This document shows positions 19,214 to 27,975 of a stretch of DNA of 64,000 nt, piece by piece. The translations under genes and the position numbers were made by a program. Source of the stretch: a virus; the IMG/VR virus record IMGVR_UViG_3300025073_000042, positions 1 to 64,000 of that record. One strand, given 5' to 3'. A model generated the notes under the pieces. The model did not search any database. It had not been told where the DNA came from and saw nothing but the letters and a program-made list of their open reading frames with translations. Each line of letters opens with the position of its first letter. The first letter of the stretch is position 1.

Positions 19214-21058
19214 GTGAAGACCGCCTTGCCGATCCCCCGCTCGCACACGCCGACCGTCGAGCTGCTGTCCAAGGCCGCGCCGAGGCGCCGGGCCTTCCCA
19301 AGCGACCAGCGCATCTCCGGCAGCCGTCAGGCGCGCGCGCCCTCTGAACTCTCGCACCTCGCGCAGACTGGCAACGCGATGGTGCAGAGCCGCTTGTTCA
19401 GGACGCGGCGCAACGATCCGGATGTGTACGGGATGCTGAGCCGGCTGCGCTCGCGGGTCCCCGAGCACCGCATCGTGGAGTCCGAGGGCTTCGAGGGAAA
19501 GGGCGACGATGCGACGCGCGAGGGGCTGCTGCGGCTGTTCCACCGGCCTGACGGACAGCATTCGTACCGCCAGCTTCTGTCGGTGAGCGTTGACCGGCTG
19601 AAGTGCATCGGTTCGGCGCACTGGTTGCTGCGCCGGGCCGAGGAGGTGCGCGAGCAGCTTGGGCAGCGGGTGGACGTGCTGGCGAAGGACCTGTTGGCCG
19701 AGTATCCCGGCCTGCCGACCGGCGTGCTGAGCGCGCTGTGCAACAGCTTTGCGCGGGAGCTGAGCAAGCAGGTCGAGACGCGCGGCGACTCGGACGTGGT
19801 GGGCTTCGAGGTCATGTACGGGTACGTCTGCCAGCATCCCAAGGACGAGACGAAGTACGTGCAGACCGTCGGGAGCGGGATGCGCGGCACGCAGGAGTTC
19901 GAGGCGCGCGACGTAGTGGAGTTCATCCGGCTGGACCCGGAGACAGGTCGGCCGCTGGGGGCGCTCGCGACGCTGGAGGCCTGGAGCGACGCTTCGATCT
20001 GGGCGTTCTTGCTGAATCGCGACTCCGCGCGGACCGGGGCGATGGCTGATCGCATGATCGCCATCGAGGGTTTGAGCGACGCAGAGCGTTCGCGCATCGA
20101 GGGTCTCATGCTGTACCGCGCGGACCCGACGCAGACGGACAAGGGTTTCATCCCGATGCTCTTGTCGCTGCAGGCGTCGTTCGAGGGGCGGGCCCCGGTG
20201 ATCCACGATGTCGAGCTGTCGAACAAGTCTCGTGATGCGGGTTGGATCGAGTGGGACCGAGACGTTCTCAAGAAGCGCAAGGGCGCGGTGACGGGGGTGC
20301 CCCTGCCGCTCGTGGACGAGTGGCAGACGGTGAACCGGGCGTCGCTCGACGCTTACTACCAGCTCTTGATCGACTTCGAGTGGTGGCCGCTGTTCTGCGA
20401 CCTGAACGACCCGATCAACGACCGCATCCTGCAGGACGAACTCGGCGTGCAGGACTGGATACACGAGTTCGTGGAGCCCGACCTACGGAGCAGCGAGGAG
20501 CGGTTTCGGCAGGACATGGAGCAGATGGGCGCGGGGCTGCGGACGCCCTACGCGATGATCGCCGACGAGGAGGGAGCGCCCGAAGCAGACCGGATTATCG
20601 CCGACCTCGATGCCCGTGGTCTGGACGGCGGCGTTTTGAAGCTCCCGTGGTTCAAGACCGGCAAGGGCTGGCAGCCGATCACGGAGGTCGTTGGCCGCAA
20701 GGGCGAGCCGCCGCCGACGGTCGGGGCGCAGGACCTCGCGCGACAGATGCAGGGGAAGCCGGGCCCGTCGCTCAACGATCCGAACGCCGAGCCCGACGAA
20801 GAGCAACCTCCGCCCGAACTTGAGAAGCAACTCGCGGCGCTTGACGCCTGGCAGACGGCGTGCAACGAAGCTCTGAGCAAGGGCCTTGATCCGGGCACGG
20901 CGTGGCCGGACGAGGTGAGCGTGTATGACATCGAGGAGCGCCACCTGCGTGATGTGGATGCACGGTTGACGGGCGCAGAAACGAAGCCCGAGGTGTCGGA
21001 CGCCTTCGCGCCGGCGCGGCGGGCGCTGCGCGACGGGCTGAAGGCGGTGACGGCATGA
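19214..21058 (+). CDS. portal protein
   Basis: L..LFHRPDG..SY, DRLKCIGSAHW, F...DVV.F, G.P...V; size and position between TerL and head genes. Confidence 0.75.
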   Translation: MKTALPIPRSHTPTVELLSKAAPRRRAFPSDQRISGSRQARAPSELSHLAQTGNAMVQSRLFRTRRNDPDVYGMLSRLRSRVPEHRIVESEGFEGKGDDATREGLLRLFHRPDGQHSYRQLLSVSVDRLKCIGSAHWLLRRAEEVREQLGQRVDVLAKDLLAEYPGLPTGVLSALCNSFARELSKQVETRGDSDVVGFEVMYGYVCQHPKDETKYVQTVGSGMRGTQEFEARDVVEFIRLDPETGRPLGALATLEAWSDASIWAFLLNRDSARTGAMADRMIAIEGLSDAERSRIEGLMLYRADPTQTDKGFIPMLLSLQASFEGRAPVIHDVELSNKSRDAGWIEWDRDVLKKRKGAVTGVPLPLVDEWQTVNRASLDAYYQLLIDFEWWPLFCDLNDPINDRILQDELGVQDWIHEFVEPDLRSSEERFRQDMEQMGAGLRTPYAMIADEEGAPEADRIIADLDARGLDGGVLKLPWFKTGKGWQPITEVVGRKGEPPPTVGAQDLARQMQGKPGPSLNDPNAEPDEEQPPPELEKQLAALDAWQTACNEALSKGLDPGTAWPDEVSVYDIEERHLRDVDARLTGAETKPEVSDAFAPARRALRDGLKAVTA

Positions 21059-21252
21059 TGCTCAAACGCCGCCCAGGCGAGACGCGCGAAGCCTGGCAGG
21101 CGCGGGTCGCACGGCAGCGCGCGGACGACGTGAAGCCGGGGGACCTGGCGCAGGGCTACTACGACCTGACGACGCGCGTCGCAGCGCGGATGGTGCGCTT
21201 CGCGCGGCGGTTGGACCGCGAGCTACCGGCGCTGAAGCAGCCGGGGTCGTGA
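21055..21252 (+). CDS. hypothetical protein
   Basis: ATGA-coupled to portal. Confidence 0.5.
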   Translation: MMLKRRPGETREAWQARVARQRADDVKPGDLAQGYYDLTTRVAARMVRFARRLDRELPALKQPGS

Positions 21253-21276
21253 ACGACGGATCACAGAGAGGAGCAC

Positions 21277-21657
21277 ATGACACCCCAACCCGACCCCGAC
21301 CCTCCCGAATTACTCGGCTCGATCACCGACCTTCGCGCCTCACGCGATCCGCTAACGCCCGAGGAACTGGAACTCCACGAGCTGCGCGAGTTGATCCGGC
21401 AGGCGTGCGCGAAGGGCCACGCGCAGACGGAGGCGATCCTGCAAGCCCTCGCTGAGGCGACGAACGCCTCGGTGCTGGTGGTGCGGCCGGTGGACTTCCA
21501 GGACGCCGAAGCCGCGACTCGCCTGCGCGACATGCTGGCGAAGGCGCTGGGCTGCGGGATCGTGCTGTTCCCCTCGCGGATGAACGAGGTCTTCATGCGG
21601 GCCGTAGAAGTGGCGCGCGCCGAGGTGCGCGAGGCAGCAGCCTCGAAAGTGAACTGA
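21277..21657 (+). CDS. hypothetical protein
   Basis: ATG after GAGAGGAG. Confidence 0.55.
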   Translation: MTPQPDPDPPELLGSITDLRASRDPLTPEELELHELRELIRQACAKGHAQTEAILQALAEATNASVLVVRPVDFQDAEAATRLRDMLAKALGCGIVLFPSRMNEVFMRAVEVARAEVREAAASKVN

Positions 21658-21658
21658 C

Positions 21659-22576
21659 ATGCCCCGCGCCGTCCCCCTCCCCGGCCAGGGAACGCGCCGC
21701 GCCCTCGGCGCGGTGCAGCAGCGCGAGTTCCCCTGGCTGAACGCGGCGACCGAGAAGAAGCTGCGCGGGGCGACGACCCGCGAGCAGTGGATCGACCGGG
21801 TGGCGAACGCCACGAGCTACAACCAGCGGGACAGCGACGAGCTGGCCGAGCGCATCTTCAAGACCCGACTGCGCTGCTACGAGGATCGGGTGACGACCGA
21901 GCTGCGTCGGACGGGGGTCCTGAAGCCCGGCGACCGCTGGCGGCTCTCGCCGGATGCGAAGCTGCGCACGGAGCTGCTCGACGAGTCACATCAGCAGGTC
22001 GAGCGAATCTCGGCGACCTACGATCGCGACCGCGGCGCTTGGGCGAAGCGCATGAAGGGCCAGCGCGTCCGTCAGAACCGCTACGGCGTGGCGAAGGACT
22101 TCGACGAGTGGAACGAGAGGCGGGCGGCGTGGAAGGCGAAGCAGATCGAGGACACGGAGTCGATGCTCGCGGACATGCGGGCGGGCGATGACCTGTACTC
22201 GAAGAGCGGGATCGCGGACCCGAAGCGGGACAAGTCCTGGTACTGGCAGACGACGGCCAGCCGGGCGGGGGGCCTCGTGCGCAAGACGCGAGCGAGAGGC
22301 GCGGGGAGAGGCCGGAAGTCCGGCAAGACGAAGGCGGCGGAGGGCCCCTGCGCGAGGTGCCTGCGCGTCCAGGCAGGCAACCCGTATACCCGGAAGGCGC
22401 TGATCCAGCGGGCGAAGGACCTCGGCGCCATCGACCCCAAGCACTTCGTGATGCACCCGAACGAACGCTGCACGGTCCTCTTCAAGCCGGGCGGCCAGGC
22501 GCTGCGGACGAAGGCCAACCGGGCAAAGGCAGAGAAGTGGGCGGCGCGGTACGGCGAGATCGAGAGGGCGGCCTAA
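21659..22576 (+). CDS. MuF-like minor head (head morphogenesis) protein
   Basis: C-terminal CARC...HPNERC resembles MuF CxxC...HPNCRC; lies after portal. Confidence 0.6.
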   Translation: MPRAVPLPGQGTRRALGAVQQREFPWLNAATEKKLRGATTREQWIDRVANATSYNQRDSDELAERIFKTRLRCYEDRVTTELRRTGVLKPGDRWRLSPDAKLRTELLDESHQQVERISATYDRDRGAWAKRMKGQRVRQNRYGVAKDFDEWNERRAAWKAKQIEDTESMLADMRAGDDLYSKSGIADPKRDKSWYWQTTASRAGGLVRKTRARGAGRGRKSGKTKAAEGPCARCLRVQAGNPYTRKALIQRAKDLGAIDPKHFVMHPNERCTVLFKPGGQALRTKANRAKAEKWAARYGEIERAA

Positions 22577-22594
22577 CAGAGAGGAGCATCGAGC

Positions 22595-22885
22595 ATGTAC
22601 TGCCACTGCCTGGCCTGTCGCAAGCATCCGCGACACGGGGGCCTCAACAGCAAAGACGAAGACGAAGCGGTAGCGATGTACGTTCAGTGCTTTGATCGAA
22701 GCGAACATCCCGTCAAGCTCAGCGATGACGTCCGCAACCTTGTGTGCTATGGGGAAAGTGGCCCCCTGGTACACGGTCCTCGTGTGGATGCAGAGTTCAC
22801 CTGCGCTGCCTACGACGAATGCTCCGGCTGCCCGGTTTGCCAGCCGTTGCCGACGTGGGCGAAGGAGAGGTACGGGGAGCCATGA
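22595..22885 (+). CDS. Cys/His-rich hypothetical protein, paralog of 611..910
   Basis: shared CxxHPxH and CSGCxxCQPLPxW. Confidence 0.7.
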   Translation: MYCHCLACRKHPRHGGLNSKDEDEAVAMYVQCFDRSEHPVKLSDDVRNLVCYGESGPLVHGPRVDAEFTCAAYDECSGCPVCQPLPTWAKERYGEP

Positions 22886-23054
22886 CCCGCGAGCAGGCTG
22901 ACCAAAACATGCGTCGGATGATCCATCGGTCCCTTACGAATCCCGAGCGGCGTCCGCTCGTTATCGGACCAACAGCCGCCCGCGAGTTCGCTCGGCAATT
23001 CGGGAAGCTGCCGAGTGGGATAGTCGTTGCGCAGAGGGTACGGGAGGCGGCCCC

Positions 23055-23399
23055 ATGACCCGCATCCTCGTCCCCGACACCAAGCTCGCCGAGGCCGACC
23101 TCGCGCACATCGCCGACTGGCCGGCGGACCTCATCGACATCGACGCGACGGCGACCGTCCGGCGCGCTGACGGCGAACTGCGGACGGGGGTCGTCTGGTT
23201 CTACTCGGAGGACCGCGAGTGGTGCGTGGCTTTCACCTTAGAGCAGGTGCAGGCGCATCGCCTCCACGACCGCGGCTCGCCGCTCAACTTCCGCCGCCTC
23301 GTCGAAGCCGAGATCGAATCTTCCCGCCGCTCGCACATGCAGGGCGGCGCATGGGTGAGGCCGGGATGCAGCCCCAGGTCCACGATCCTCCAGCCGTGA
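23055..23399 (+). CDS. hypothetical protein
   Basis: ATG after GGGAGG. Confidence 0.6.
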   Translation: MTRILVPDTKLAEADLAHIADWPADLIDIDATATVRRADGELRTGVVWFYSEDREWCVAFTLEQVQAHRLHDRGSPLNFRRLVEAEIESSRRSHMQGGAWVRPGCSPRSTILQP

Positions 23400-23599
23400 C
23401 CGCCGAACTGCTTCCGCGCGGCGGGGACGAGGTGTGCGTCGTCTGTGGGGCCTCGGGCTGCGCGGGGCGGCCCTACGCGCGCCCCCGGGTGCTGGCGCTC
23501 ACGCGCGTCGAGCGGCTGTTGGGGGGCGAGTTGCAGCGGGCGGCGGGCCGTGCGTTCGAGGCGACGTGCCCGAGGTGCGGGGCGACGAATCAGCTGTGA
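23396..23599 (+). CDS. small zinc-ribbon protein (Mu Com-like)
   Basis: CVVCG...EATCPRCGATN. Confidence 0.5.
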   Translation: MTAELLPRGGDEVCVVCGASGCAGRPYARPRVLALTRVERLLGGELQRAAGRAFEATCPRCGATNQL

Positions 23600-23603
23600 T
23601 GGC

Positions 23604-23632
23604 TTGACGCGATAGGGTGTTCGCAGTATGCT
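23604..23632 (+). promoter_or_regulatory. sigma70 promoter of candidate ncRNA
   Basis: TTGACG-17 bp-TATGCT. Confidence 0.75.
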
Positions 23633-23638
23633 GACCTC

Positions 23639-23858
23639 GCTCGTCCCAGGTAATGACCTCGCGAGGGGTCAGGTGAGCAGCCGCGGTGGGGAATCCGCCC
23701 CGTCCCGGAGCGGCACCCCCGGTCCCGTTTGAGGAGCGTGTACCCGGACTCAATCCCGTGGCCACGGGGAGTTCGGGGGCGCCGGCCATAACCTGGCTAA
23801 ACCCGCCCATGTCTTCACATGGGCTGAAGGCCGCTCCGCGAGGGGCGGCCTTCGCTTT
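23639..23858 (+). ncRNA. candidate structured non-coding RNA (~220 nt), family unrecognised
   Basis: own promoter and terminator; hairpins 23654-23671, 23755-23768, 23781-23797, 23805-23824; no credible ORF. Confidence 0.6.
23826..23858 (+). terminator. intrinsic terminator
   Basis: GAAGGCCGCTCC-GCGA-GGGGCGGCCTTC followed by GCTTT. Confidence 0.7.
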
Positions 23859-23863
23859 GGGGG

Positions 23864-23892
23864 TTGACATCATCGACGGCTCTAGGTATACT
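23864..23892 (+). promoter_or_regulatory. strong sigma70 promoter for the pentamer array and RAMP-like gene
   Basis: TTGACA-17 bp-TATACT. Confidence 0.85.
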
Positions 23893-24011
23893 GAAAGCAC
23901 TTCGAGAGCTGTGCGGGTTTTGCGTTTTCGGACAACCTCTTCGGCCCCGGCAGCCCGCGCAGCTCTCGAAGGCAGCGCAAGCAGTCGGGGCCGATTTGTG
24001 TTTCAATGAGA

Positions 24012-24386
24012 GGCGAGGCGTGGTACGGTACGGCGGGCTCGGGTTTGGTTGGGCGGGGCAAGGCAGGGCGAGGGTCGTTTGCTATCATCCGCTTCCATTG
24101 GCGTGGTGTGGCCGGGTGATGTGTGTTTTGGTGGGTCCTGGCGGGGTGAGGTTGGGCGAGGCGAGGCGAGGGCTGTAACCGCCATTCTACCTCTTCACGA
24201 GGTGAGGCGCGGTCCGGCTTGGTCCGGCTTGGTAAGGTAGGGTAGGGGTCGTTCGCCATCATCCATCTTCTCACGGTGAGGCAAGGTCAGGTGCGGCAAG
24301 GTCAGGTGAGGTGCGGTCTGGTCTGGTGCGGCAAGGTTTGGTCCGGCGAGGCGAGGCAGGGCGAGGGTCGTACCAATCACATCCCA
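24012..24386 (+). repeat. array of four GGY-NN pentamer tracts (12, 14, 9 and 18 units) with conserved linkers; candidate guide RNAs
   Basis: tracts 24012-24071, 24100-24169, 24201-24245, 24275-24364; each followed by GGGTCGT/GGGCTGT and a C/T-rich linker. Confidence 0.9.
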
Positions 24387-24400
24387 AGGAGGGAGCAGAC

Positions 24401-24958
24401 ATGCAGACGTTCAGGGCAAGGATCGAGGGACTGTCGCCGCTGTTGATGCACCGCTTCAGCGAGGAAGCGGAGAAGGCCGTTGAGGAGCAGATCAAGACGA
24501 AGAAGGCCGATCACGGGACACCGGAGGAGGAGGCCGAACGCGCCGCATATCGGATCGACGGCCTGAACAGCGAGCTGTACCTGCCGGGCGAGGCGGTCTA
24601 CCAGTCGCTCGTGAAGGCTGGTGTCGGCTTCGCCGTCCCTGGCGCGCGGGGGAAGACCTACAAGGATTCTGTGAAGGGCATGGTCGTCATCCAGCCGGAG
24701 TGCATTCCGCTCGGCACTGATGAGTACGTCCTCGACTCGCGCCGGGTACGCATCCAGCGCGGAACGTGCATGAGGAAGCGCCCTCGCCTCGATCAGTGGG
24801 CGGCGGAGTTCGAGGTTATGATCTTGGACGAGGAGGCGTTGCCACCTGCGACGCTACTCGCCATCCTGCAGCGCGCCGGTCAGATGGTCGGGGTGCTCGA
24901 CTATCGTCCGCGCTTCGGGCGCTTCCAGGTGACGCTGTGGGAGCAGGTCGCGTCGTAG
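24401..24958 (+). CDS. stand-alone RAMP/Cas7-like RNA-binding protein (185 aa)
   Basis: FRARIEGLSPLLMH (beta1-SPL), LYLPGEAV (cf. IPGSS), RPR...W..EF, Gly-rich C-terminal loop AGQMVGVLDYRPRFGRFQV; RBS AAGGAGG. Confidence 0.7.
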   Translation: MQTFRARIEGLSPLLMHRFSEEAEKAVEEQIKTKKADHGTPEEEAERAAYRIDGLNSELYLPGEAVYQSLVKAGVGFAVPGARGKTYKDSVKGMVVIQPECIPLGTDEYVLDSRRVRIQRGTCMRKRPRLDQWAAEFEVMILDEEALPPATLLAILQRAGQMVGVLDYRPRFGRFQVTLWEQVAS

Positions 24959-25245
24959 GTGTTCGATGGTTGCGGCCAAAGCACGGTCGGACGAGACCCG
25001 CATTCGTGCGGGTCTTTCGTCGTCTGGCCCTTGACAAGCCTCGCCCGCCTGTGCTAAGAGAAGACCGTCGCACCACAACAGAAGCTCGACGGTCCATCGT
25101 GTGTCGTGCCTGAAACGTTGCCCTCAGCGGGGGCAGCGTCTCGTCGGAGGCCCCGGAGGATCGCCGCGTCAAGCGCGTAGGGCTCAACCCCCTGCGCCTC
25201 GACGTTCGGCGACCCCGGGGCCGCCGTCATTTCAGGAGGCACGCA

Positions 25246-25746
25246 ATGGACAGCACGGCGCTCCGCCCGAAGATCGCCCCGGTCGGCTTGTTCCGCACCG
25301 TTACCACCGACGACGACACCCAGAACCTGCCCGCCGTGAACACGTTCGCGCGCAACCCCGATGGTGCCTACGACTGGTGCCGGGTCTTCGCGCGCGTCTA
25401 CTTCCACGGCGACGCGGATGCGACGGTCAATCTGCGCTTCGCGACCGGCGTGCAGGACGGGGTGAACGGCGTCTCCTCGTCCGTGGAGCTGAAGGGTTGG
25501 CTCGTCGAGCCCATCGGCGCGTTCGGCGTCGCAGCGGACCTCACGCCGGATACGCCGGTTGTGGCCGACGGCAGCCACCAGCACCAGACGCCCTCGCTGA
25601 CCGAGGGCTGCTACGCGATCGACGTGCCGGTGTACGGCATGGACCTGTGGGTCGCGGTGAGCGGGTTCGCGGGCTACCCGACGGCCTACGATCCCGACTC
25701 GCAGGTAGAGTTGGCCGGGTGCTTCTTCAACAAGGCTGGTACCTGA
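25246..25746 (+). CDS. hypothetical (possibly virion) protein
   Basis: beta-rich ORF with RBS AGGAGG. Confidence 0.65.
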   Translation: MDSTALRPKIAPVGLFRTVTTDDDTQNLPAVNTFARNPDGAYDWCRVFARVYFHGDADATVNLRFATGVQDGVNGVSSSVELKGWLVEPIGAFGVAADLTPDTPVVADGSHQHQTPSLTEGCYAIDVPVYGMDLWVAVSGFAGYPTAYDPDSQVELAGCFFNKAGT

Positions 25747-25868
25747 TAGGCTCGCGGGTCTATCGGCAGGGCCGACCCACCGGCCCATAGAGATGGCCTC
25801 ATGCGATAGAGGCATGATCGGCCTACTCAACTCGTGCGAATGCGCGAGGAGTGGGGGAGCGGTGAACG

Positions 25869-27863
25869 ATGCCCTGGGCGAGCTACGCAGAAGCGAAGCA
25901 GGCGGCACCGGGCTTGGTCTCGGTGCGCCCGAATGCACAGAGCAAACCGCAGCCCGTCAAGAACAAGGCGGCGCTCGACGCGCTGGCCGCGATGTACGAC
26001 GCGGTGCAGGCGCGGGGCGGAGTGGACAATCCGGCGGCCGTCGCGAAGGCGACGTTCGTCAAGGCCTGGCGGCACAATGGCAAGGGCGTTTGGGCGAAGC
26101 ACGTCCCGCTGAGCAAGGAGGTCGCCGTGAGCGAGGTACAGGTTCCGTTCGAGAGTTACGGCCCACTCGTCAAGGCCTACGAAGAGGGCGGCAAGCGGTA
26201 CGTGGTCATCTCTTGCGCGGACGACGGGCCGGACCTACAGAAGGGCGAGGTGCGCGGGCAGCGGACCATCGCCGACGTGATCGATCTGACGTTCCTCGAG
26301 AAGATGGCGCAGGAGAACGTCGCGAAGGCCGTGCCCCTCGTCGCCACGCACGAGGACCCGTTCCAGAACGAGTGCCCGTTGGGCAAGGCGGTGGAGTCCT
26401 GGGTCGAGCCCGCCGGTTCGACGCGCTTCGGGAAGAAGCTGGCGCACAACACCCTCCTGACGAAGTTCGAGCTGACGGACGGCGACCCCCGCACTGAGGT
26501 CCTGTGGAAACAGGGTGCGACGGGTAGCGACGCGCGAGGCACGAGCGTCCACGGCGGCATTACGCGGATCGCCGTCGAGCTGGCGAAGAATGCGGCGGGC
26601 TACGTGCGTCGCATTCTGGACGGGCACGTCGATCACCACGCCGTCCTCGTCCCGGGGCGCGCGGCGAATCCACGCATGGGCATGGTGGCTGCCATGAGCA
26701 AGGCGCTGCAGGAGTCGGGCGCGGAGATCGCCGTGCCGGACGGGCTAGACAAGGCCGAGGTGAAGCTCTGGGGGGGCGATGAGTGCATGACTGGCTACGT
26801 CAAGACCGAAGATGATGCCTACACGGACCCCTGGCCGGTCGGCTCGAGCTTCAACGAGACGATAGCGGCCATTCGGATCAAGGTCGAGGCCCCGCGCCTG
26901 GCCGGCGTCTTCCGGGCCGTCGTGGATCGTATCATCGCGGCTGACGCGGACGACGTGCCGAACAAGGGCGCGGCGCTGGCGAAGGCCGCCGACGAGTACC
27001 AGGCGGCGCTCGACCGGCTGATGGCGCAGGGCGACCTGAGCAAGGCGCAGGCCGACGAACTTGCGGACGAAGCGGCGGCGCTCGTCGAGACCGCCGAGCC
27101 GACGACAGAGACCGACGCACAGACCGCGACGGGCTCGCTCGTCGCAGAAGACGGCGGCACGGCCGCCAAGGAGGCTACACCGATGGCCGAGCAGACGCTG
27201 GAGAAGGCCCTCGACCCGAAGGCGGTTGGGGCCGTGTTCGCGAAGTTCGCCCGAGCGGTCAACCCGCTGCTGAAGTTGATGGGGGGCGGCGACGAAGACG
27301 CGCTGCCCGAGGGGGACGGCGAGGCGACCGTCGAGACGGTCGAGAAGTCGCTGCAGGAGATGGACGCGGGAGCGGGCCGCTTCGCTCTGCTGTCGAAGGG
27401 CTTCATGGCGCAGATGTCGATGGACCCGGCGAGCAAGGCCAAGGCCGACGCGGAATGCCGGATGAACGAAACGGGTCAGACGCCGCACAAGGGTGCGATG
27501 GGCATGGCTCCCGGGGCGATGAGCAAGGAGCAGATCGACGAGTTCGCCGAGGCGCTCAAGGCGCAGGGCTACGTGCTTGCGAAGGCCGAGGCGCCACCGG
27601 TCGTCGCGCCGGTTGTCGCCGATCCCCCCGCCGACGAGATCGAGCGGGTGGCGAAGCTCCTGGCGAACGAGGGGCTGGTCAAGGCGGCCCTCGGCAAGCT
27701 GGATGGCGCGACTCGCGAGGCGCTGAACAAGGCGCTGGGCCCGCAGTCCGCGCAGCCGCCGGCGGATGCCGGGGCCGAGGACCCGTTCGCCGCGCTGAAG
27801 GCGTCGCCCAGGTCGGACGCGGACTTCTACGCGCAGTTCCTGCGGAGCAAGCAGCCGCAGTAG
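25869..27863 (+). CDS. prohead protease-scaffold fusion with ChaB-like N-terminus
   Basis: LVATHE (His), GTSVHG (Ser), AANP; long Ala/Glu-rich C-terminus; directly upstream of capsid. Confidence 0.7.
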   Translation: MPWASYAEAKQAAPGLVSVRPNAQSKPQPVKNKAALDALAAMYDAVQARGGVDNPAAVAKATFVKAWRHNGKGVWAKHVPLSKEVAVSEVQVPFESYGPLVKAYEEGGKRYVVISCADDGPDLQKGEVRGQRTIADVIDLTFLEKMAQENVAKAVPLVATHEDPFQNECPLGKAVESWVEPAGSTRFGKKLAHNTLLTKFELTDGDPRTEVLWKQGATGSDARGTSVHGGITRIAVELAKNAAGYVRRILDGHVDHHAVLVPGRAANPRMGMVAAMSKALQESGAEIAVPDGLDKAEVKLWGGDECMTGYVKTEDDAYTDPWPVGSSFNETIAAIRIKVEAPRLAGVFRAVVDRIIAADADDVPNKGAALAKAADEYQAALDRLMAQGDLSKAQADELADEAAALVETAEPTTETDAQTATGSLVAEDGGTAAKEATPMAEQTLEKALDPKAVGAVFAKFARAVNPLLKLMGGGDEDALPEGDGEATVETVEKSLQEMDAGAGRFALLSKGFMAQMSMDPASKAKADAECRMNETGQTPHKGAMGMAPGAMSKEQIDEFAEALKAQGYVLAKAEAPPVVAPVVADPPADEIERVAKLLANEGLVKAALGKLDGATREALNKALGPQSAQPPADAGAEDPFAALKASPRSDADFYAQFLRSKQPQ

Positions 27864-27975
27864 CCGTACAGCGGGTCGGACTCACCCTTCGCGGCAACGA
27901 CGCAGCCTGCGACGCAGCAACGACGGTCCCGCGCGGCGGGACGACCCGACACTCGACGCACCTGGAGGGAGACCC

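Noticed and set aside
23665-23685. SRP RNA (GGTCAGGT..GCAGCC similarity)
   Set aside because: The GNRA-capped helix between the motifs is missing and GGTCA is paired in another stem
23781-23797. tRNA-Met from the CATAAC loop
   Set aside because: No D-arm, TTC T-loop or acceptor stem in the proper spacing
23900-23994. HDV-like ribozyme
   Set aside because: Pseudoknot present, but P3/L3, P1.1 and catalytic J4/2 could not be fitted
24012-24386. CRISPR array, microsatellite or coding sequence (ORFs 23864..24178, 24049..24240, 24311 extension)
   Set aside because: No 25-40 bp identical repeats with unique spacers; NN varies unit to unit, unlike slippage repeats; overlapping ORFs are low-complexity and the RBS supports a start at 24401
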